From: a virus
Strand: one strand, 5' to 3'
Length of the DNA stretch: 64,000 nt
IMG/VR virus record: IMGVR_UViG_3300008267_007212
Below the pieces are notes generated by a model, which was given only the letters and a program-made list of their open reading frames with translations, did no database searches and was not told the origin of the DNA. Below, piece after piece: positions 10,023-19,046 of the stretch. The translations under genes and the position numbers were made by a program. Each line of letters begins with the position of its first letter. Within the stretch, counting starts at the first letter, position 1.

Positions 10023-11397
10023 AATATTTGCATTCCTTCCAAAAATCTACCATTTCTGGAAATGCCAAAATAAAGTTAGTTCCCCTGCGTCGATCATGTT
10101 CATTAAAAAACTTATAAAAATTTGCTTTTTGCATTTTAACATAATCAGGATCCAACTTGCTACCTTCTCTCATCCAATCTATCACTCTTTGTAACCGCTG
10201 GACTTCATAGTCTTTGAATCCGTGAAATGGAGTTTCGGGCTGTTCCATTTTTGTAATCATAAAGCTCCACGATGTCTCTAGCTGATCGACATAGCTTTCA
10301 GGTAATAGTTGTAAACTTTGCCATTCTGGTTTACGTAGAATTGGAGTATCAAACCAGACACGCTGATATGTTTTGCTGTGTATTTGCCTAAGTCCCAGTA
10401 TGCAACCTAATAGATTTTGAAGTCCCATTACATTTAAATTATTCATAGTAATTATAAATGTTAGACTACTACGATTCGGAACTTCATATAAAAATCTGTT
10501 AACGTTATCCCAAAATCTTTCAAAATTTAATCCATGTCTGATATATTCAGCCTGCATAAAAGTAGCATCTATACTAACATACTGCATGAAATGCTCGATT
10601 TTTTTATTCTCATTGTCGCACAGTCTTTTTACATAATCCAGATACTTGTCAAATAATGCAGGCTCAACACTGAAATTAGAAGTTACGTTTAAATGTAGCT
10701 TGGGACTAGGATTTTCTAATACGTAATCAAAAACACGATACGTATTTTTATCCATTAGTGGTTCTCCACCAGTCATCCTAAAATGTTCTAGTTCAGGATA
10801 TAATTTTGGCCACCAAGACCAAAAGGCATCGACATAAGAATTATCTTCTCTTGCAGGGATAACTTTTCTATCTCCCGTAAAATGACTGGGATCATTGTGC
10901 GGAGGATTAGTAGGAAAAGCTCCGCTACGTTCTACGTCACTGGCCCAACTGCTAGAGTATTGGGGACTACAATAACTACAAGCCAGATTGCAAGCATTAT
11001 TAAAATTAACTTCTACATAGGAAGGAAGTACATCTTCATCCCCAGTAGAATTAGCTATTGTTTCAAAATCTTTTGCAGCCCATGGTTCCCCACTACGATA
11101 ATGTCGATCGCTTAAATTGCCCAAATCTTCTTGTGTCCAACAATAACTACATTCTTGTGGGCGCTCATTATGGAGCATAATCTTACGCTGCTCTTTTTTG
11201 TAAGGTGTATTATGTAATGCGCTGGGATTATTTTTTACTAGCGTTGAGTCAATTTTATGTAAAGGTGGATGATAACAACTGTTATTGAGACCCGTAGGCA
11301 AATGCAAGCTTACTTGTTTCCACTTTGCTAAACAAAGAGCAGGACCTAATTTAGATTTTGCTTCTTCAGCCGAGTTTAAAAAAACACTTTTAGACAT
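10006..11397 (-). CDS. Radical SAM protein (CxAKW subclass)
   Basis: CNLACSYC and MTGGEP motifs. N-terminal CLAKW..SCYH..CSYCW. Clear paralogue of 6520-7869. Confidence 0.92.
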   Translation of the reverse strand: MSKSVFLNSAEEAKSKLGPALCLAKWKQVSLHLPTGLNNSCYHPPLHKIDSTLVKNNPSALHNTPYKKEQRKIMLHNERPQECSYCWTQEDLGNLSDRHYRSGEPWAAKDFETIANSTGDEDVLPSYVEVNFNNACNLACSYCSPQYSSSWASDVERSGAFPTNPPHNDPSHFTGDRKVIPAREDNSYVDAFWSWWPKLYPELEHFRMTGGEPLMDKNTYRVFDYVLENPSPKLHLNVTSNFSVEPALFDKYLDYVKRLCDNENKKIEHFMQYVSIDATFMQAEYIRHGLNFERFWDNVNRFLYEVPNRSSLTFIITMNNLNVMGLQNLLGCILGLRQIHSKTYQRVWFDTPILRKPEWQSLQLLPESYVDQLETSWSFMITKMEQPETPFHGFKDYEVQRLQRVIDWMREGSKLDPDYVKMQKANFYKFFNEHDRRRGTNFILAFPEMVDFWKECKYYATTT

Positions 11398-12448
11398 TTA
11401 ATAATAACTTCTTTGAAAATTTGTGAAAGGGTAAAGAATCAAATAAATTTTCTTTTCTAATTTTATCTAGAAATAAAACATGTGAAATCGTATGGATTAT
11501 CAATGTTTTATTGTAATTATTTTGTATTCTTGATTCTATTGCGTCGTACATTGATTGTGTAATATAAGGCCTAATACCAGCCAAACACTCAATAGCTAAC
11601 GTTTGTAATTCATCTGGGATTGCATTTAAGTTTAAAAAGTCTGGACCATTTAATAAATTTAATTCAATTTGATAATCTTTAAAGTATGAAAGTAACTTTG
11701 GTAAATGCCAAAAATTCAATATACTAACAGTGGGAGAAATTTTTATACGTAAATTTGTAAGTTGTAACGATGCTAAAAGTTGTAGATTTTTGTTAACATC
11801 TTCCCAAGATGCACCAGATCTGATATATTCAAATTCTTTTTCTATTGCATCTATACTGCATGTTACATTGATTGATTTGAATTCTTTCCAAATATCAGTA
11901 ATTGACGCATCTTTATATTTTAGGGTTGTCAAATTTGTATTATACATTAATGCTATATTTTTTGCTTGACCAGATTCTATATATTTTTTTAAAATTGCCC
12001 AATGATCCCCATTTATAAATGGCTCTCCTCCAGTAAAATATGCATGTCGGACCGATGGAACCGTTATTATATCATAATAATCGTCCAAACTTTGATGTGT
12101 GATCGGTAATCCGAGCTCAGCAGCCCATTGGCTACTCGCATCTGCATTACAAGACCTGCATTTTAAATTACATAGGTTGGTATTTCTTATATCTAAGAAC
12201 TGTAGTTCATTATTATCTATTGCATTTTTATTAAAAAAAGTTCTATAACTTGGTATCTTTTCCTGCTCTGCATCGATACATGTTTTGCATTCTTGAGGTG
12301 GTACACCAGTTTGTAGATCTTCAAACAAGTTACGATTACCAATCTCTGTCATTGGTTTTCTATAGTTTGAATCTATTAGACAACACGGAGAAACTCCGTT
12401 TGAAAAAATTGTCAGACTATTTTTATATGCTGCACATTTCCAAGTCAT
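11390..12448 (-). CDS. Radical SAM protein with N-terminal Cys module
   Basis: CNLKCRSC, FTGGEP and YNTN motifs. N-terminal C..SPCC..CKTC. Confidence 0.9.
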   Translation of the reverse strand: MTWKCAAYKNSLTIFSNGVSPCCLIDSNYRKPMTEIGNRNLFEDLQTGVPPQECKTCIDAEQEKIPSYRTFFNKNAIDNNELQFLDIRNTNLCNLKCRSCNADASSQWAAELGLPITHQSLDDYYDIITVPSVRHAYFTGGEPFINGDHWAILKKYIESGQAKNIALMYNTNLTTLKYKDASITDIWKEFKSINVTCSIDAIEKEFEYIRSGASWEDVNKNLQLLASLQLTNLRIKISPTVSILNFWHLPKLLSYFKDYQIELNLLNGPDFLNLNAIPDELQTLAIECLAGIRPYITQSMYDAIESRIQNNYNKTLIIHTISHVLFLDKIRKENLFDSLPFHKFSKKLLLNV

Positions 12449-13092
12449 AGTTGTTGTATCAAAATTAAAGCAAACTTTTGCTGTTCGTTAGCAGTGGGAT
12501 GCCGAGTGGGTGTCATGATATCGTTAAATGAAACTGATAATTTTGTGTTGAACTCATGCCCAAACACAGAAAAATCGTAGTATTTTATGTGTTGCGAATC
12601 CATCCACAATCTAAACAAATTTATCAACATGCCTGCTGTATTAGTTTGATCAATGAAGTTGTTTTCTATCATGATCTTGTGTAACTTTGGCAGTGTTGAT
12701 AGATGTTGTTGATTGTGTTTGTCTGTGATAAATTTTACATTGTTTTTGTGTTCTACAAATACATCTGGATCGCTGTGATCACCTAGCAAAACGTAACTGG
12801 GGAGGATTTGCAACATAGAATCTTGTGTGTAAAAGCCTGCTCGGGCTGGATTGGTCCACCTTACAATTACTGTGTCAATATCCTGTTGATGGTGGGAAAG
12901 ATAATGATACCCGACCTCCACTGTTCTCTGTACAGAGCTTCCAGGTTCAGCCAAGTTTAAATAGTCTAGTTCTAGGTGATCAGCCACATAGTGACCAAAT
13001 GCATGTTCTGTGTTTTTTGGGTCTTTAAACACGCTTGCAGTGCCTATGCCGTGACAAAAACTATCTCCAAGAACCAGTAACTTTTTTACCAC
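12445..13092 (-). CDS. SGNH/GDSL-like hydrolase or acyltransferase
   Basis: N-terminal LLVLGDSF (block I Ser), NLAEPGSS (block II) and C-terminal RHP (block V His). Confidence 0.7.
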   Translation of the reverse strand: MVKKLLVLGDSFCHGIGTASVFKDPKNTEHAFGHYVADHLELDYLNLAEPGSSVQRTVEVGYHYLSHHQQDIDTVIVRWTNPARAGFYTQDSMLQILPSYVLLGDHSDPDVFVEHKNNVKFITDKHNQQHLSTLPKLHKIMIENNFIDQTNTAGMLINLFRLWMDSQHIKYYDFSVFGHEFNTKLSVSFNDIMTPTRHPTANEQQKFALILIQQL

Positions 13093-14012
13093 CCTTCAAC
13101 TCGTCGAATAACATCTAACTCAGTTATTGTTGTTCCTATATTACGATGCACTGCTTTATAATGATGCTTGAAAAATGCGCTTTGATCTGCTGTCATATCA
13201 ACAATAGGTAGCCCTAGTCGTGTACGTAACGTTTGACCGATATTCTCACAAGCAGGCTCTGCATCTTTACTAAAGCTGTTCCATAAATATGCAAGATGAT
13301 CAAAATCTTGTACTTGTTTATAATCCCACTCTCTTAACATAGTCATGTACGTACCTAGGCGAGCACCGTATATGGCCCACCATCCATTTTCCACGTCTCG
13401 GCCGACACTTTGCCAAATACATAAATGATCATAGTTTCGAGCATGAACTTTTTGTTCAAACTCTTGCAGGCTGGGTTTCTTTCCTCGATCTAAACACATC
13501 TTAACACCTTCGCGGAATCCTGCTCGCCATGCTTGAAAAGGTGTTGCATTGGGAAATGTAGTACTATAGCAATCATGCATGGGAATATACTTAGGGTCAA
13601 AACAAAACTCTATCACGGTTTCGTCTCTGCCGTCAGTGGCTTCATGTGTTCGCATATTGTTAACGAACTCTTTGGTCCAGCAACTTATTCCGCCGTTGCC
13701 GTACATTAACCCATTGATATGATTGCGAGCCTTCCATCTAAACACACAATCTTGATTATTGTCGTCTAATTTAAGTTGGAGATTAAAAAACTCAGCGTCA
13801 GGTATATTGTCTCCGTCTATTAGCACGAACCTATCAGTATCGCTGGCCGCGGCGGCTGCTTTATGTGCAGCATCACTGCCTTTAACTCCATCCACACGTT
13901 TAGCCCACGGAATTAAATTTTGAATCTTAATCCAAAATTCTTCTTTTTTTGGTTCGTCGTAGGTTAAAAATATACAATCGAGATCTGCAATATCAACGAT
14001 TTTTGTAGTCAT
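13086..14012 (-). CDS. Glycosyltransferase-like protein (GT-A fold, DxD)
   Basis: IFLTYDEP, VDGVKGSDAAH, FVLIDGDN and YGNGG motifs. Start placed at ATG 14012 rather than 14042 to reduce the overlap with the upstream gene. Confidence 0.7.
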   Translation of the reverse strand: MTTKIVDIADLDCIFLTYDEPKKEEFWIKIQNLIPWAKRVDGVKGSDAAHKAAAAASDTDRFVLIDGDNIPDAEFFNLQLKLDDNNQDCVFRWKARNHINGLMYGNGGISCWTKEFVNNMRTHEATDGRDETVIEFCFDPKYIPMHDCYSTTFPNATPFQAWRAGFREGVKMCLDRGKKPSLQEFEQKVHARNYDHLCIWQSVGRDVENGWWAIYGARLGTYMTMLREWDYKQVQDFDHLAYLWNSFSKDAEPACENIGQTLRTRLGLPIVDMTADQSAFFKHHYKAVHRNIGTTITELDVIRRVEGW

Positions 14013-14418
14013 AGTGTTCTGTGTCTTTAAAAGTTTCGCCATCTTCCAAAATTATGCCAGATAAATTTTTTACTGTTTTAAAACCAGTCTGACTTTTTTC
14101 AAGTTGAGGAGTTTGATTTAAGTTATCTTTTTTGATCGAAACTTTATCGTTTTGTATTCGATACTTGTAGCATTCCATATACACGGATTTATAAGTATTC
14201 TCATCTACTACAATATAATCACCAGAAAGGCCGTACATTTCTGCATCTTTTACTGTAGGGGATGTAGCCGTGATGTTTCCACTTTCATCGTAGTATATTC
14301 GATATTCGTATTCAATTAGTGCAGGTTTATCTATTAGCCCTAACTCGTCTAATTGTCGAATTATTTCTTCTAAGGTAGTATCTTCATTGACTGTTATGGT
14401 AGGTTCGTTCGTACTCAT
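13993..14418 (-). CDS. Hypothetical protein
   Basis: 141-aa ORF in the operon, overlapping both neighbours. EYRIYYD motif. Confidence 0.7.
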   Translation of the reverse strand: MSTNEPTITVNEDTTLEEIIRQLDELGLIDKPALIEYEYRIYYDESGNITATSPTVKDAEMYGLSGDYIVVDENTYKSVYMECYKYRIQNDKVSIKKDNLNQTPQLEKSQTGFKTVKNLSGIILEDGETFKDTEHYDYKNR

Positions 14419-15235
14419 TTAATAATTCCTCTGTTACATATGATTTATCATAATAATGCACTGGGTTGTATTGATTTAGATTGTGAATTTTAATCATGTG
14501 GTTATCTCGGTCATGCATTACTATGTCTTGCCAAGACTGATCGGTATTACCCCAACCATTGATACCAGGTTTCAAATGTATAAAATTAATGAAATCCATG
14601 GTAGGTATAGTGCATAGTTCTACTCCTATCGTCTTTGCTGTTACTGCATACAGTGCATCGGTGCTGGGTATATCTTCTCGACAATTTTTTAATATATTCT
14701 CTTTGAGATAATCCCAATTTCTTAAAATTCTTTGTGCTGTTAAAAAGAAATCACTGGCTGTTTTACTATATCTAAAATACATCAAACCATTATATATGTC
14801 CGGAAGATCATTATCATCAAAAAATTTTCTATAAAGTCTTGATGTAGATAATTCTTGTCTATAAGTTCTGCAGCCAGTGCTCAATACAACATCTCGCAGT
14901 CTAAAAGCATTCCACCAATGGTCAATATTCCGTGTAAATAATAAGTCACTTTCTAATTTAATAGTTTCTTTAAAAGGACTCAGTGAAAAAACTTGATATT
15001 CATTGGATAGCTTCCATGTACTACCTGTGTCGTTTTCGTCATAGGGAAGTTCGATAATGTGATCAAAAACTTTTGTGTGTTTATCTGTGATTTGATCGAT
15101 AGTATTTTTATCACAGATCACTGCATACTTAGCACCCGGGTGTAGGCTTTTTACATTCATTGCTTGGCAATACGCAAGTCTAAGATAATCTATCTTATCT
15201 GTATTCTGTGCAAATGTAAGAAAACCTTTACTCAT
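14384..15235 (-). CDS. Glycosyltransferase-like protein (GT-A, GT8-like)
   Basis: KGFLTFAQN, DYLRLAY, SPFKETIKLESD (DxD variant), YNGLMYF and STD motifs. Paralogue of 15228-16049. Confidence 0.7.
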   Translation of the reverse strand: MSKGFLTFAQNTDKIDYLRLAYCQAMNVKSLHPGAKYAVICDKNTIDQITDKHTKVFDHIIELPYDENDTGSTWKLSNEYQVFSLSPFKETIKLESDLLFTRNIDHWWNAFRLRDVVLSTGCRTYRQELSTSRLYRKFFDDNDLPDIYNGLMYFRYSKTASDFFLTAQRILRNWDYLKENILKNCREDIPSTDALYAVTAKTIGVELCTIPTMDFINFIHLKPGINGWGNTDQSWQDIVMHDRDNHMIKIHNLNQYNPVHYYDKSYVTEELLNEYERTYHNSQ

Positions 15236-16049
15236 TACAAACAGCCTTTACAAAGCTATCAAATTGTTCTGACAATAGATAGTTCTTATCCATGATATGC
15301 AAATTTTGTCTGCTGATTACATCTGCCCGGTGTTTGTACTTAACAGTTAAAAATTTATTTTTGAGATCGATAGACTCAATGTTGTCTTCTATGGTCAACA
15401 TTAGCCAAGGTATACTTTGCTCAGGAGTCAGTGTATGGCCATTTAAAATGATATTGGCCATACTGAATGCAAAATCGTTTCTATAATTTGTTTCTCTAAC
15501 AGCAAACAAACTTCTATAATATCCATAGTTTCGTTGTATACGGCCCACTAAATCGAAAAACATTTTAGCTCTTGTAGTTTTTCGAAATAGTACTACAGTA
15601 GCCCAAACCATTGGCAAACTCGCAGGCCCCATTTCATCTGTGTTAAGTCCCAGTGGGGTCTGCATGTTATACATTAATCTATAGTCAAAGGGTTGGTCGA
15701 GTAACTTTATCAAGCTATTGTTGAGCATCAAATAATCAGTGTCTATTAAAATGGTTTCATCATATGGACTTAAATCGAATGCTCGATACCTATCAAAATT
15801 TTTCCATTCATATAATTGCTGATCTTTGGAAAATCTGACGTTGCCAGTTTTACTATCAACTCGAATTATTTGATCATAATCAAATTTTAATTCGGCATCT
15901 ATGTCTGTGACTATCGTTACAGGAAGGTTTGTATTTTTTTTGATTAATTTACTTGTTTGGTCTGCTATATCGGTATATTTGACTTTTCGACTGTTAAAAG
16001 CAAATACCAACACACCTTTAGATTTTTCTAATTCGCTTGAGTTCTTCAT
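15228..16049 (-). CDS. Glycosyltransferase-like protein (GT-A, GT8-like)
   Basis: KGVLVFAFN, SPYDETILIDTDY (DxD), WATVVLF and YRNDFAFS motifs. Confidence 0.72.
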   Translation of the reverse strand: MKNSSELEKSKGVLVFAFNSRKVKYTDIADQTSKLIKKNTNLPVTIVTDIDAELKFDYDQIIRVDSKTGNVRFSKDQQLYEWKNFDRYRAFDLSPYDETILIDTDYLMLNNSLIKLLDQPFDYRLMYNMQTPLGLNTDEMGPASLPMVWATVVLFRKTTRAKMFFDLVGRIQRNYGYYRSLFAVRETNYRNDFAFSMANIILNGHTLTPEQSIPWLMLTIEDNIESIDLKNKFLTVKYKHRADVISRQNLHIMDKNYLLSEQFDSFVKAVCNE

Positions 16050-16344
16050 GTTGTTGGTGCCACTCGTTCATTGCTGAATGATAGTGTTGTTGTGCTTTAA
16101 TTAAAAATTCTTGTTTATCTATTTCTATAGGATTTTGATAAACATCCTCAAGATAAAATCTGTCAATGGGCCAACTTGCAGCAAATGCCAATAGTTCTGG
16201 AGTTATTTTGAACAATCCGTTTTCATAAGGCATGTGTAAGTCTGTTAAAATACGTTCCCTTAGCAATCGTTTGTTAATTTGATAATCTGTAGCCAATTTT
16301 ATCTGATTGACTATTTCTTCGACAGTGCTGTTCATATTGGACAT
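16018..16344 (-). CDS. Hypothetical protein, first gene of the modification operon
   Basis: 108-aa ORF immediately downstream of the sigma70-type promoter. Confidence 0.7.
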   Translation of the reverse strand: MSNMNSTVEEIVNQIKLATDYQINKRLLRERILTDLHMPYENGLFKITPELLAFAASWPIDRFYLEDVYQNPIEIDKQEFLIKAQQHYHSAMNEWHQQHEELKRIRKI

Positions 16345-16349
16345 AAAAT

Positions 16350-16382
16350 GATAGGTATATACTATTATAATATATACCTATC
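16350..16382. repeat. 12-bp perfect inverted repeat (operator, cruciform or terminator)
   Basis: GATAGGTATATA-ctattataa-TATATACCTATC. The 9-nt loop contains the -10 box. Confidence 0.75.
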
Positions 16383-16393
16383 TCATATGTCAA
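16364..16393 (-). promoter_or_regulatory. Sigma70-type promoter TTGACA-N18-TATAAT for the modification operon
   Basis: Minus-strand TTGACA at 16393-16388 and TATAAT at 16369-16364, both perfect consensus, about 20 nt upstream of the ATG at 16344. Confidence 0.8.
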
Positions 16394-16402
16394 TCTTAAA
16401 AT

Positions 16403-17341
16403 TTAAGATATGGTAACTGTTCCCCAAGTATTTGTTAAGTTAGTTGTTTCTGGAAATTGAACTGTACAAATCATACCTAAACTAACATTTATCGAATCTG
16501 CGGGCTGAGTTGACCCTGTAGTAGCAGAAAATGCGTTAACTGTGATAGTAATAGTGTTTCCGTTTGCACTATATGAACCGGTAGTTCCATTAGTGGAATA
16601 GTTAACACTTAAAAAATCGCCTGTATAGTAGCTTGTACTAGTAACTTTGAATTTTTCAGTTGGGGTAGTAGTCAAACCGGTATAATATCCGCCGGTAGTA
16701 GTATCTGTGTTTAAAGTTCCACCTGAGCCTGCTCGGGCGCCGTAGGTTATGGCATTCAAACGTTTAGAAGAAAAATTAGTTTGAGCCAAAGTTTGTATAC
16801 TAGTACCACGGGAAGTTCCTCCAGTATTAGTGAAACTATTATACGCTAGGGTTATATATCCGCCAGAATTGAAAAAATATCGTGTTGCATCTACACCACT
16901 ACTGAAAGTAATTGTAAAGGTAATAATTCCAGTAACAGACGTGCCGGCTGAAGTATTCATAGTTGTAGCTTTTGAACTCGACGTTGTAGTTCCAACCGTT
17001 GCCGCACTAAGTCTGTTAGTGGCCGCAGTCGAAACAGCTGACGTTAGTGTGGATAAAAACGCTATCGATGTGCCAGCAGTGGGCGCACTTATACCAGATC
17101 CGCTACCACTTTGATGAACCCTTGCAGAATTTAATGTATTAACTAAACTTGCCCAGTTGGTTGCCGCTACAGTTCCCCCCACAGACACATTGCCCACTGC
17201 GGTTTGACCATATCCATAACTTCCTAGCCCAGTAGACCAAACTGGATTAAGTTGGGTTCCGCCTCCTTGTGTGCCGGCAGACCCGCCCACTATATTGTTA
17301 AAATCGCTTGCTTCAATTAATCCACCGGATGCGTATGTCAT
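16403..17341 (-). CDS. Virion structural protein (Thr/Ser/Gly-rich, tail-associated)
   Basis: MTYASGGLIEASDFN start, RYFFNSGG motif and beta-rich composition. Adjacent to the tail fibre gene. Confidence 0.65.
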   Translation of the reverse strand: MTYASGGLIEASDFNNIVGGSAGTQGGGTQLNPVWSTGLGSYGYGQTAVGNVSVGGTVAATNWASLVNTLNSARVHQSGSGSGISAPTAGTSIAFLSTLTSAVSTAATNRLSAATVGTTTSSSKATTMNTSAGTSVTGIITFTITFSSGVDATRYFFNSGGYITLAYNSFTNTGGTSRGTSIQTLAQTNFSSKRLNAITYGARAGSGGTLNTDTTTGGYYTGLTTTPTEKFKVTSTSYYTGDFLSVNYSTNGTTGSYSANGNTITITVNAFSATTGSTQPADSINVSLGMICTVQFPETTNLTNTWGTVTIS

Positions 17342-17353
17342 ATTTTGTTCCGT

Positions 17354-19006
17354 TTAACTATTTAATGTTACGATGGCGTATATAGTTCCTTCACCGTCGT
17401 CTAACTTATTTTCTAGTGCTCTACCAATTACATTGAACGGAGTAACTTCGGTTTTACTAGCAGCACGAGCCATTCCCCGACCAGCGCTGACTAATCTGTC
17501 CCCTTTACGTATCTCGCCAATTACTTTAACAGGAACTCGACCACTGACTGCAATGGGAGGATGAGTCTCATTAGATCCAGCCTGACTGTTCATTAGATAC
17601 GCTGCCCTTGTACTTACTACTCCGAATACTTCTTCACTGAGTTCTTCATTGGCTAATGTAACTTCTTTTTCGCCGCCCATGGTCAATACTGTACCAGGCT
17701 GATAATACGCATCTGCCTCAAATCGTTCTGCCAAGTCAGCGTACAGTGCATTAATTGCAACACCGTTAAAGAATGCTCCATTCACATTACCTTGTGCAAA
17801 TATTGCCCCAGTTAAACTCATTCCGCCTGATACACGAACAGCACCTGTTACGTTACTTGTAGCATTTTCGCCGCCGGTCACCAACAGATATGCAGCCGTT
17901 GATACATTTCCAGTAGCTTGGACACGCCCGCTGGCAACCACATTCCCAGAAGTTATAACACTGTTTGATGTAAACAGATTTCCGGTTAGACCAATGCCGC
18001 CTGTAACCCTAATAGCTCCAGTAACATTACTGGTGGCGTTATCTCCTTGAGTTGTTTGTATATAACCTGAAGTGACAAATGCGCCGGTTGTGCTTAAGTT
18101 TGCAATATTGGTTACACCAGTTTGACCATTTACTGTTAATACTGGGGAAAGGGTACCTAAAACATTAGCTACAACTTGTAAGTTTCCGCCATTTGTATTG
18201 TTTATAAGTTGAGTTGTGTTACCTGTTATAGAAACTGTAAAATTATTGCCCGACCCAACAGTTAAACCGCTGTTATTGTTTATATTAATTGTATTAGCAA
18301 ATGTAGTAGCAATATCTGTTCTAGCATAACTACTAGCAGGCTGACTACCTAAATTATTAGAATTAGTTGCATTTCCTACGAATGCAATGTTTCCAACTAC
18401 GGTGGTAGATGCTAAATTAAATCCTGGTTTAATTGTGGTAAATCCAGTGGGGCTATCTGCAGGAGTATATTCTTGATCTCTACTAATAATGCCAATTAAC
18501 GTTGTTCCAACAAATACATTAACTGCTACGTGATCTGCTACTAACGGATTGCTGTCTGCGATTTGTCCTACACTGACACCAGACTGACCGACGTTACTGG
18601 TAAATGCAGGCCCAATTAAAACCCAGCTTGAACCATTATAAATATTCAGCTGCTGGGCAGTTGTATCCCACCATGCATTTCCTGTTTTAGATCCAGTAGG
18701 TTGTGTATTACTGGAAGTCATCGTTCCCATTGTTCGCCAAGTAGACCCTGTATAAACTTTTAAGTTTCCAGCAAGATCCCACCATAACTGACCTGTCAAC
18801 GGATTAGGAATAGCTGAACTATCACCTCCACTGGTAGACAAACTGGCAAAATTTTCCAGCATGTGTACTAAGTCTGAGTTCAAAAATGTTCCGTAACCTG
18901 CATAGTTTTTACCTATCAAGGCTAAACTGGTACTGGTTTGATTAACTGTACCATCTTGAATTGTAGTTAAAAGTGTACCGTTACTTAAAGTTATTGTATA
19001 GGCCAT
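17354..19006 (-). CDS. Tail fibre protein with C-terminal intramolecular chaperone/autocleavage-like domain
   Basis: Repeated GQLWWD..L.VY.G..W motifs and two copies of NATSNVTGA(I/V)RV.GG. C-terminal YADLAE..GVVS..GRVPVKV.G...GDRLVS. Confidence 0.75.
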   Translation of the reverse strand: MAYTITLSNGTLLTTIQDGTVNQTSTSLALIGKNYAGYGTFLNSDLVHMLENFASLSTSGGDSSAIPNPLTGQLWWDLAGNLKVYTGSTWRTMGTMTSSNTQPTGSKTGNAWWDTTAQQLNIYNGSSWVLIGPAFTSNVGQSGVSVGQIADSNPLVADHVAVNVFVGTTLIGIISRDQEYTPADSPTGFTTIKPGFNLASTTVVGNIAFVGNATNSNNLGSQPASSYARTDIATTFANTININNNSGLTVGSGNNFTVSITGNTTQLINNTNGGNLQVVANVLGTLSPVLTVNGQTGVTNIANLSTTGAFVTSGYIQTTQGDNATSNVTGAIRVTGGIGLTGNLFTSNSVITSGNVVASGRVQATGNVSTAAYLLVTGGENATSNVTGAVRVSGGMSLTGAIFAQGNVNGAFFNGVAINALYADLAERFEADAYYQPGTVLTMGGEKEVTLANEELSEEVFGVVSTRAAYLMNSQAGSNETHPPIAVSGRVPVKVIGEIRKGDRLVSAGRGMARAASKTEVTPFNVIGRALENKLDDGEGTIYAIVTLNS

Positions 19007-19027
19007 CGTTCATGTATCCATTTAATA

Positions 19028-19035
19028 TATTTATA
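19028..19035 (-). promoter_or_regulatory. T4-type late promoter TATAAATA
   Basis: Exact T4 gp55 consensus about 21 nt upstream of the tail fibre ATG. gp55 is encoded in this window. Confidence 0.75.
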
Positions 19036-19046
19036 TTTCTTTTTAA

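Noticed and set aside
14013-14042. Longer N-terminus (start 14042) for the glycosyltransferase-like gene
   Set aside because: It would overlap the upstream gene by 50 nt. The ATG at 14012 directly precedes the conserved-looking region and gives a shorter overlap.
22-16344. Host chromosomal biosynthetic cluster or chimeric assembly
   Set aside because: The cluster is contiguous and co-oriented with phage tail genes, has similar gene packing, and shows no integrase, att site or transporter/housekeeping genes. A further radical SAM gene also sits inside the phage core.
17354-19006. Diversity-generating retroelement target in the tail fibre
   Set aside because: No reverse transcriptase gene and no template/variable repeat pair differing at adenines seen in this window. 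The internal repeats are protein-level.
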